Below, piece after piece: positions 33,706 through 41,101 of a DNA stretch of 64,000 nt. The position numbers and the translations under genes were made by a program. The stretch is from Candidatus Saccharimonadales bacterium (lineage in GTDB: Bacteria > Patescibacteriota > Saccharimonadia > Saccharimonadales > UBA10212): NCBI GenBank assembly GCA_038245195.1, contig JBBRSU010000001.1, forward strand, positions 64,121-128,120, read 5' to 3'. Within the stretch, counting starts at the first letter, position 1. Each line of letters opens with the position of its first letter. The notes beneath the pieces were generated by a model. That model did not search any database. It was given only the letters and a program-made list of their open reading frames with translations, and was not told the DNA's origin.

Positions 33706-34094
33706 CCTAACCTACTTCCAATAAATGAAACAGCCGCCGTAGCTACCAGCACCACTCCCAAGCCTAGCAATGAGTTAACTATTCTTTTACGCGAAGCTGT
33801 AATCTTATCAGAACTACCGGCAGCGGTTATGTAACTTATGCCTGCGACTATTATGGATATAACCGCCGCCAAGCCCGCTAAACGTAGTAGCATATCGATA
33901 ATTGCCAAGCCCACAAGCCAAGTATCACCTGGAAAATTAAAAGCCGGTACACACTTCCCCAGTGGGTCCTTTTCGGTCCCAAGATATTCCCACCAATGCG
34001 GGAAACCAAAAAATGAGCTCTTTGTTATAGTACAGACCGGTGCAGAAGCCGCCAGAAAAATGAACGGAATTTTTAGTAAAGCAAGCAGGTACAT
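33702..34094 (-). CDS. VirB2/TrbC-like paralog 6 (divergent, Trp-rich N-region)
   Basis: FFGFPHWWEYLG segment, two Cys, AGISYITAAGS...ASRKRIVNSLLGLGVVLVA. Confidence 0.55.
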   Translation of the reverse strand: MYLLALLKIPFIFLAASAPVCTITKSSFFGFPHWWEYLGTEKDPLGKCVPAFNFPGDTWLVGLAIIDMLLRLAGLAAVISIIVAGISYITAAGSSDKITASRKRIVNSLLGLGVVLVATAAVSFIGSRLG

Positions 34095-34538
34095 CTAGAG
34101 TCCCCCGGGAATTAGCCATTGCAGGAATGCAAAAGTGAAAATAAAAGCAACTAGTGCGATTAGACCATCTGATATTCGTTTCTTAGCCGCACCAGTTGCT
34201 GTTGAGTTATCTCCTGCGAGGCTATATTGAATGCCGCCAACAATAATTGAACCAATCACTACAATTGCCACGCCAGCCGATAAAAAGTTAACTATTAGGT
34301 TTATGTCCTTAACTATCGGGTCGGTTGCTATGCATTTTTGAACACCAACATCAGTAGAGTTATTACAGTTAGGGTTTGTCACTGTGGTGGTGGTAGCTGA
34401 GCCGCTAGTATCGCTCCCCGAGGAGTTGGATAACAATGCTAAAGTAGATGGAACAGTCATATTTAGACATATAAGAATCGCAGTCGCTAGAATTACTTTC
34501 TTAGATATTTGTTTTAGAGCTTTTTTCAATTGTTTCAT
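34095..34538 (-). CDS. VirB2/TrbC-like paralog 7 (first gene of the minus-strand array)
   Basis: Signal/anchor, Ser/Thr-rich region, two Cys, GGIQYSLAGDN...AAKKRISDGLIALVAFIFTFA. Its stop abuts the start of paralog 6. Confidence 0.6.
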   Translation of the reverse strand: MKQLKKALKQISKKVILATAILICLNMTVPSTLALLSNSSGSDTSGSATTTTVTNPNCNNSTDVGVQKCIATDPIVKDINLIVNFLSAGVAIVVIGSIIVGGIQYSLAGDNSTATGAAKKRISDGLIALVAFIFTFAFLQWLIPGGL

Positions 34539-34596
34539 ATTAAGATTGTTTAGTTAGAAATATAACATAATTATATAGATTTTTCTTGTGTTAAGC

Positions 34597-34617
34597 CGAC
34601 AGATTGACGACAGATTG
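34597..34617. repeat. tandem direct repeat CGACAGATTG x2 (11-bp period) in the divergent T4SS promoter region
   Basis: cgacagattg at 34597-34606 and again at 34608-34617. The repeat overlaps the -35 region of the plus-strand promoter. Confidence 0.6.
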
Positions 34618-34643
34618 TTGACTTATGCCTCTTATGCTATATT
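34615..34643 (+). promoter_or_regulatory. candidate extended -10 promoter of the plus-strand T4SS operon
   Basis: TTGTTG (34615-34620), 17-nt spacer, TGcTATATT (34635-34643). An alternative -35 TTGACT is at 34618. Confidence 0.35.
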
Positions 34644-34665
34644 TTAAATAAGCAGAATTGCAAAA

Positions 34666-37600
34666 ATGAAAACTTACAAAAAAATAAGTATTGGACTTAG
34701 CTTAGTGGTCGTGGTGCTATCGTTGTCTTTTGCTATTATAAGGCCCAGCTTAGCACTTGCCGATGCTACAGCCGGTGACCTGGGTGCTAGCATAGATACT
34801 TTCTCGGCTTTAGATTCGGCTACAATCAAGGCCAACTTAGGATCAAGTGGAACATATAACTTTATTGATAATAATCCGTATCCACAGGATTCTACATTTA
34901 ACTTTGTACCTCAGCCTAAAACCGTAGACGGACTGTGCGATCCCGGTAATGTGAAAGATCAAAATGGTGTGAGTGGATCAATAAAGTATGGGGTAACTCT
35001 ATTCCCAAACCCAAAAAATGCAACTGGACTTAAAGTCGATCCTATAAGTGCAGAAGTTAAATTAGGCTACACACCTGCTGGTGCACTTGGTTGTTCGGCC
35101 GTATTATTTAAAACCATGGTTAGCAACCCTAATGGGGTAGCGGCAGCAACTTATGAATATAGCGGGAATAATATTATTAACGCCCCAGGGTTCACTTCTG
35201 CCAACCTGAAGCCTGTTCCGAGTTCGAATAATGTATATGCCGCTGATACAACCGCCGGTACATGCGGTGGCGGTAACTTGATCGTAGTTAGTGCAACAAA
35301 CTTCAACTCTGGAACAAGATATGATCTAACATCGAATAAAAATAATGGTGGCCCAGGCACTGATGCTCATACTATTCCGGCCTTATCCAGTGTATTCCCG
35401 GCAGGCAATTGTTATTTAGCCCAAGCACCACTGGCTGAAACCATTGCCGGTTCGCCCGGCGGCACCGCCCCGGGTGGTACACCTGCCGGGGGGAATACCG
35501 TTGCCGATACTTCGTGTGAAGCACAATACACAGGTGCGGCCCACGTACTTAACTGGATTTTGTGCCCCATCCTGGATGGGATGGATTCAATATTCAACAC
35601 AATAAATGGGCAGGTCGAGGCACAATTGAACGTCTGCACGGGTATATCCAGTACAACAGGCTCGACCTGTGGTAATAATTTACTTACACCCCAAGTCAAA
35701 AAGTCGTGGGCAGTCTTCCGCGATCTGGCAACAGCTCTTTTAGTCATCGTTATGCTAATCATGGTTTTTTCACAGGCCATAAGTTTTGGGCCTTTCGATG
35801 CTTACACCGTTCGGAAAATGCTGCCCAAGATTGTTGCGGCGGTCATCCTCATGCAGATTTCTTGGCCACTTTTCAAATTTTTCGTAGACCTCTCGAACGA
35901 CTTGGGGCACGGTATACAGAATCTCATGCTTGCACCATTTGGTGGGACTGGTCAACTCCAATTCGATGCATTAATAGCAGCGGCAGGCAGCTTTGCACCT
36001 GCTGTTGCCACTGTTGGACTGTTTACAGCTTTAGCGATTGGAACCGTTCTTAGCGGTATTACGATTATGGGTGTGGCTCTATTAGGAGTTAGTGCAATTG
36101 CGTCGGTAATAGTTGGCCTTTTAGTATTACTTTTTAGGCAGATGTTAATAATTATGTCTATGATTCTGGCACCAATTGCACTTTTAGCCTGGATATTACC
36201 TGGTACTCAAAAATACTGGAAGCTCTGGAGCGATAACTTTATCAAATTATTATTTATGTTCCCGTTGATAATGGCTATGATTGCAGCTGGCAAGATTTTT
36301 GCGAAGATTGGTGTCGATACTGGTACTGGTATATTCGGAGTTATTATTGTTTTTGTTGGTTTCCTGGGGCCACTGTGGTTCTTGCCGAAAACCTTCAAAT
36401 GGGGCGGCCAAGTATTTGCTGCGGCTGCCAATGGTACCATGGGGGCTACCAAGAACCTGCGTAATTCTCCTGGTAAATATGCGCTATCTGGCGCAAAGAC
36501 TAACCGTGAACAGCGTGGCTTTGATCGTGCAGAGCGATTGGCTAATAACAGGGGAAGACGCTTTGATAGTGTTTTTGCCGGCAGATTCAATAGGACATTA
36601 GGCCAATCCGCTTTAAGAAATAGGTTCCAGGATACTCTAGAAAAAGGTCGCAAAGCCGCTGATGAGGCAGCTCAACGCTCAACACTTGGCGGTCCATATG
36701 AGAGATTAGACCACCCTGATAAAGTTGGCGCAGACATACTTGTAGCTCAAGGAAAACTCGACACTCAGTTTGGTACGGGCATGGATGGGCGACATGCCGC
36801 GACCCAGCGAGCGGCACTTGAGCGACTAGCTAAATATGGTGACTGGGACGCTATCTCTGCAGTCAGAGATGGGGGTTACATGGGCGAAGAGGGTGAACGA
36901 GTTTGGCAAGATTTTGTAGCAAAGAATATCAGTGCAATTCACCAAAACACTCCGCACCTTTCACCGCAGCGTACAGATCTAAGTGTATTAGGCCGAAGAG
37001 AATTCTCGGCAGTTAAAGATTATGAATGGGAAGAGTATACCCGTGCTGCCGAGAGCGGACTAACTCGTAACGGCACCACCGGCTTGCCTGAGCCTGCGGG
37101 TGACCAAATAGGCCAGCGGTCCCGATTTATTGCTCAAGCTAAAGCGATGGAAGCAGACACTCAGTTTATGGCGACCGTAAGTCAACGTGGGCAAGAAGCA
37201 ATTGCTCGTGTAGCAGCTTTGAATAACTGGAGTCCAAACGTCAGCTTAGAAGGAGGGGCACTTCACCTGCCTGTACAGGCGTTCGAGTCGACAGCTACAC
37301 CCGAGGAAAGAACAGAAGCATTGCAAAGTATTAATGATCATTTGTTTAGACTTACCCCCGACGGGAAACCGACTAATGCCGCCAAATCAACTAGATCCGA
37401 GCTCGGAAGATTGCTGGGTAGCGGTACTTTACCCGCCAATGCCCAAACCGCGTTAGAAAATCATTTGGTAGACATCCGATTGCAGGCTGCCAGTTCACCG
37501 CAAGCTAAAGAAGTATACGATGATGTAGTAGGCAATATTGAAGGCGAGTTGCGAAACCGGGATGCTAGGATTCGCGCTGGTGTTGCCTCAGAAGTCCGAG

Positions 37601-37695
37601 CTACCCCAGCGAATGTTGAAGCTGCAAGCAATGTGGTGCAAGGCCAGGTAAATGAAACTCGCACAAGAATGCGCAGTAAGGGCTTGGACGTATAG
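34666..37695 (+). CDS. giant VirB6/TrbL-like polytopic membrane protein (secreted N-domain, ~6 TM core, ~400-aa cytoplasmic C-domain)
   Basis: Signal/anchor, an N-terminal domain of about 300 aa with Cys residues, then a dense TM block around aa 345-590 typical of VirB6-type channel proteins. The C-terminal domain is unrecognisable. The call rests on topology and context. Confidence 0.55.
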   Translation: MKTYKKISIGLSLVVVVLSLSFAIIRPSLALADATAGDLGASIDTFSALDSATIKANLGSSGTYNFIDNNPYPQDSTFNFVPQPKTVDGLCDPGNVKDQNGVSGSIKYGVTLFPNPKNATGLKVDPISAEVKLGYTPAGALGCSAVLFKTMVSNPNGVAAATYEYSGNNIINAPGFTSANLKPVPSSNNVYAADTTAGTCGGGNLIVVSATNFNSGTRYDLTSNKNNGGPGTDAHTIPALSSVFPAGNCYLAQAPLAETIAGSPGGTAPGGTPAGGNTVADTSCEAQYTGAAHVLNWILCPILDGMDSIFNTINGQVEAQLNVCTGISSTTGSTCGNNLLTPQVKKSWAVFRDLATALLVIVMLIMVFSQAISFGPFDAYTVRKMLPKIVAAVILMQISWPLFKFFVDLSNDLGHGIQNLMLAPFGGTGQLQFDALIAAAGSFAPAVATVGLFTALAIGTVLSGITIMGVALLGVSAIASVIVGLLVLLFRQMLIIMSMILAPIALLAWILPGTQKYWKLWSDNFIKLLFMFPLIMAMIAAGKIFAKIGVDTGTGIFGVIIVFVGFLGPLWFLPKTFKWGGQVFAAAANGTMGATKNLRNSPGKYALSGAKTNREQRGFDRAERLANNRGRRFDSVFAGRFNRTLGQSALRNRFQDTLEKGRKAADEAAQRSTLGGPYERLDHPDKVGADILVAQGKLDTQFGTGMDGRHAATQRAALERLAKYGDWDAISAVRDGGYMGEEGERVWQDFVAKNISAIHQNTPHLSPQRTDLSVLGRREFSAVKDYEWEEYTRAAESGLTRNGTTGLPEPAGDQIGQRSRFIAQAKAMEADTQFMATVSQRGQEAIARVAALNNWSPNVSLEGGALHLPVQAFESTATPEERTEALQSINDHLFRLTPDGKPTNAAKSTRSELGRLLGSGTLPANAQTALENHLVDIRLQAASSPQAKEVYDDVVGNIEGELRNRDARIRAGVASEVRATPANVEAASNVVQGQVNETRTRMRSKGLDV

Positions 37696-37704
37696 GTATA
37701 ATCT

Positions 37705-39123
37705 ATGTCATCGCCTGAAAATCCTCAATCAAATTCGCAAGAACCAAGCTATAGCAGAGGCGATCCCGTACGCGTTTACCGTGAAAGAGACGGCACCATC
37801 CAACCCGAAGATGATTGGGAATATAGATTGTATGACGAGTGGAAAGATCACGAGGTGGCTTCTAGGCATAACGAAGAAGGTGGAGTAACCGAATTTGAGC
37901 ACACTCCAAAAAAAGTATTTGATAGTTGGCAAAGAGAAAAAGCCGCCGCCGAATCCGGCAGGCTAATAACTGAGGGTTCCGTCGTGACTTCTGGGAAAGT
38001 AGCGGAAATAATTCTCAGAGATGAAGCAGATTTAGTTGACAATTCTCATACCCCTCCGATCGAATCAGACATGGATGGCTCACCGGAAGAACCAATAGAA
38101 AAGCCGACTAATCGCATTGATAGCGAACCCGATGATCTGACTGATATCCCCGAAGAGGTCCGAGAATTGTCAGAAAAACATGGATATCCTATTGAAGTAT
38201 TTTTACGAGCACAAACCGATCCCGACATTGCTGATATCTTAAGGAGTAAAGGTATTGATTGGGGTGCAGTGCACGACTCCGCAGAATTATCAGAGGACAC
38301 ACATCATGAAGTTACTCAATATCAGCTTGATAAGGCTGAGAAATTACACGGGGTCCGAGTATCAGCTGAGAATATCAGATTCGCAAGGCTAGAAGCACAA
38401 CAAGGCAATCTTCGGCCAGCGGATTACTTGGCGGGCGTTGGAGTTGACTTAGGTTTTCCGCGCCTAGATCCGCCAGATCCTGTCATACGTTTGAGTGAGG
38501 TCGGTCGGAAACGCCGTGAGGATGTAGTGAGATTAATAGCTCGTATCGAAGAAGACCCGGCGGAAGTAAAAAAATCACTTAGACGCCCCGGAGAGTTACC
38601 CATAGGCCTACTAAATCTTTCACCTATACGAGCGGTCAACAAAAGGTTATTAGCTTGGAAAATATCTAGAAAAGAAATTAATGACCGGCCCGGTGTTATT
38701 AGTAATTTACAGGCTGAGTATGCAGCCCTAGAGGCTTTGGGGGACAGGGACGAACTACAAGAAAAAGAATTTAAGAAGTTAGAATCGCAAATTAGTAAAC
38801 TCAAAAGTCAACAATATAATGATGGGCTACTCGGACTAGGATTACCTAAATATGTTCTTTACCGCGATTACATTAATCGGCTTGATGAAAGCGTAAAAGC
38901 ACATAAACGAAGGTTAGGCTTATTGCAGCGCCATAAGCTAAAAGACTCAGTTACAACGCGTCGAGATCTCGCATATAGAATCTCAGATAGCGACAGGTCA
39001 GTGAAGGATTTGAGCAGAGGTGTAATACATGATTACGATAATCCAGAAAGTGTGCATGACCACGAAAGATTTAAAAACGATAACTCATTGTTCAGGACCA
39101 GTCTCGATAAAAGAAACCGATGA
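37705..39123 (+). CDS. hypothetical soluble acidic/coiled-coil protein within the T4SS operon
   Basis: 472 aa with no TM segment, no NTPase motif and no recognisable family. Starts 9 nt after the upstream gene. Confidence 0.55.
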   Translation: MSSPENPQSNSQEPSYSRGDPVRVYRERDGTIQPEDDWEYRLYDEWKDHEVASRHNEEGGVTEFEHTPKKVFDSWQREKAAAESGRLITEGSVVTSGKVAEIILRDEADLVDNSHTPPIESDMDGSPEEPIEKPTNRIDSEPDDLTDIPEEVRELSEKHGYPIEVFLRAQTDPDIADILRSKGIDWGAVHDSAELSEDTHHEVTQYQLDKAEKLHGVRVSAENIRFARLEAQQGNLRPADYLAGVGVDLGFPRLDPPDPVIRLSEVGRKRREDVVRLIARIEEDPAEVKKSLRRPGELPIGLLNLSPIRAVNKRLLAWKISRKEINDRPGVISNLQAEYAALEALGDRDELQEKEFKKLESQISKLKSQQYNDGLLGLGLPKYVLYRDYINRLDESVKAHKRRLGLLQRHKLKDSVTTRRDLAYRISDSDRSVKDLSRGVIHDYDNPESVHDHERFKNDNSLFRTSLDKRNR

Positions 39124-39190
39124 CTGTAAAGCAAAAGCTTGTTGGAATGCTGAGTTGCGCTGGGATTTAATCTATTAGATACTTGATGCG

Positions 39191-40192
39191 ATGGCTGTAT
39201 ATAAGGTAATTCAAGATGTCGAGGCCGAGGACAAACTACTTGGCCCTCTAAGCTTTAAGGCATTTATTTACGCAATCATTGCCGGCCTTTGCGGATTTAT
39301 AAATTTTAAACTGTTGTTTTTAGGGACTCCCATTAAGTGGGCAATTATGCCTCTCCTCTCATTCCCTATGATTCTTTTCGGCGTTTTGGCATCACCCCTA
39401 GGCCACGATCAGCCAACCGAAGTTTGGCTTTTATCAAGAATCAAGTTTTTCCTAAAGACAAGAAAACGAATTTGGGACCAGGCAGGCTTAGAAGAACTGG
39501 TGACAGTAACAGCTCCTAAGAAACTAGAACAGCATCTTACTAAGGATATTACTCAGAGTGAGGTCCATAGCCGACTCAAGACCTTAGCTAGTACTTTAGA
39601 CACCCGCGGCTGGGCAATCAAAAACGTCGATACAAACCTTAACACAACCGTACCCAATAACCCGGGGCTAAGCCAATCATCTGATAGGCTGGTGGCAAAT
39701 GCTGGGTATACACAGCCGGCGACGGTTATTGATGTACGACCAGCCGATGATATTTTAGACGAACAAAACAACCCCACCGCTCAAAAATTCGCCAGCCTTA
39801 TGCAGCAGGCTGATTCGAATCGCAAACAAACGGTTTTAGAAACCATGCAAAACTTAATTAACGACGATGACCAAGGTGATGGCATTAAATTATCCGATGC
39901 AAATGACTTCCAAAGCCGAATGGCCAAGGCTAGGGCTAGCTTTAGTAACCAGCACAGCAAAGATTCAAAACATGCTAATTCACAACATAAAGTTATTGAT
40001 TCAAAAAACGTCCACCACGAACCGCCAAAAAAAGCTGAGCCAACCCCGATGACAAGCGAACGCCAAGCTGTTAATATGGAGTTAGCCCAAAGCGGTAGTG
40101 CTTTTAGTGTATCGACTTTGTCTCAGCTGGCCAATCGCCAGCCCCGGATGGAGCAAACTGGGCCCAACGAAGTTACGATTTCACTGCACTAG
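39191..40192 (+). CDS. PrgI-family (VirB3-like) membrane protein with long C-terminal extension
   Basis: The N-terminus MAVYKVIQDVEAEDKLLGPLSFKAFIYAIIAGL..., two TM helices, then DQPTEVWLLSRIKFFLKTRKRIW match the PrgI/VirB3-analog pattern of monoderm T4SSs. Confidence 0.55.
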   Translation: MAVYKVIQDVEAEDKLLGPLSFKAFIYAIIAGLCGFINFKLLFLGTPIKWAIMPLLSFPMILFGVLASPLGHDQPTEVWLLSRIKFFLKTRKRIWDQAGLEELVTVTAPKKLEQHLTKDITQSEVHSRLKTLASTLDTRGWAIKNVDTNLNTTVPNNPGLSQSSDRLVANAGYTQPATVIDVRPADDILDEQNNPTAQKFASLMQQADSNRKQTVLETMQNLINDDDQGDGIKLSDANDFQSRMAKARASFSNQHSKDSKHANSQHKVIDSKNVHHEPPKKAEPTPMTSERQAVNMELAQSGSAFSVSTLSQLANRQPRMEQTGPNEVTISLH

Positions 40193-40237
40193 GCTAATTA
40201 AACAGCCTAAACCAAAAACGGGTGGTAAAAATTAAAG

Positions 40238-41101
40238 ATGAACCCAGCTAGTCAACCAACTACCAACACGCCTGGCCCTCAGCCAGTTTATTCTGGTGAG
40301 GATTTTGTACCAGGTACAGTTAATGCACCCAATGCACCAGGTATAGTCCCCCCACAGCAATCTATTACCAACCCTAACAGTACCCAAAACGCCCTTCAGA
40401 TTAGTGAAATACGCGACGGCATAGTGATTATGAACGACGGCAGTTTTAGAGCAGTAGTAATGTGTAAGTCCATTAATTTCGATTTAATGAGCCCCCAGGA
40501 ACGTGAAGCCGTAGAGTTTAGCTACCAGGGCTTCCTAAACTCCCTATACTTCCCAATCCAAATTTTTGTAAGAAGCCAAAAAGTCGATATGCGTCCCTAC
40601 CTGGAAAAACTCGATAAAATCCGGACTGGCCAGGATAACATGTTGCTGGGTTTGCTTATGGAAGACTACATCGCATTCCTGGCTGACATCGTCCAGCAAA
40701 CAAACATTATGGATAAGAAGTTTTACATAGTTATAAAATTCCCAGATGTTGAAGTTGATGTGCGTAAAGCCTTAAAACAAAGCACCAGTTTCTTTACCGG
40801 CTTAGGCGAGCTATTTAGCTCCGGCAAAACCGCACATGTAACAATCGATGAGTCTACCTTAGAAAAAGCCAAAACCGAGCTTCGTAACCGGGTCCAGGCT
40901 GTTATGCAGGGCCTGGCTCAGTGCGGAGTACAAAGTTTGCCGTTGGATACCGAGGAGTTAATTGAGCTTTACTACGATGCCTACAACCCCGATACCGCCA
41001 CTCGGCAACAGATTAAAGACTTTAAAGACTTAACTGCACCGGTGATTTCAAAGGGCGTGGGCCCAGCACCTCAGCCTAATTTAAATGGAGGCCCAAGCTA
41101 G
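40238..41101 (+). CDS. VirB4 N-terminal-domain-like protein (separate ORF)
   Basis: ISEIRDGIVIMNDGSFRAVVMCKSINFDLMSPQEREAVEFSYQGFLNSLYFPIQIFVRSQKVDMRPYLEKL resembles the first ~200 aa of monoderm VirB4/TcpF/Orf16-type ATPases. Its stop TAG shares one nt with the GTG start of the ATPase. Confidence 0.5.
   Translation: MNPASQPTTNTPGPQPVYSGEDFVPGTVNAPNAPGIVPPQQSITNPNSTQNALQISEIRDGIVIMNDGSFRAVVMCKSINFDLMSPQEREAVEFSYQGFLNSLYFPIQIFVRSQKVDMRPYLEKLDKIRTGQDNMLLGLLMEDYIAFLADIVQQTNIMDKKFYIVIKFPDVEVDVRKALKQSTSFFTGLGELFSSGKTAHVTIDESTLEKAKTELRNRVQAVMQGLAQCGVQSLPLDTEELIELYYDAYNPDTATRQQIKDFKDLTAPVISKGVGPAPQPNLNGGPS

Noticed and set aside
35412-36653. Several 100-150-aa ORFs in other frames or strands inside the VirB6-like gene (35412-35780, 35706-36053, 36207-36653, 36281-36601)
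   Set aside because: They are nested in a continuous 1009-aa ORF with coherent signal, TM and soluble architecture. They have no RBS and show odd Arg/Cys/Trp-rich composition.
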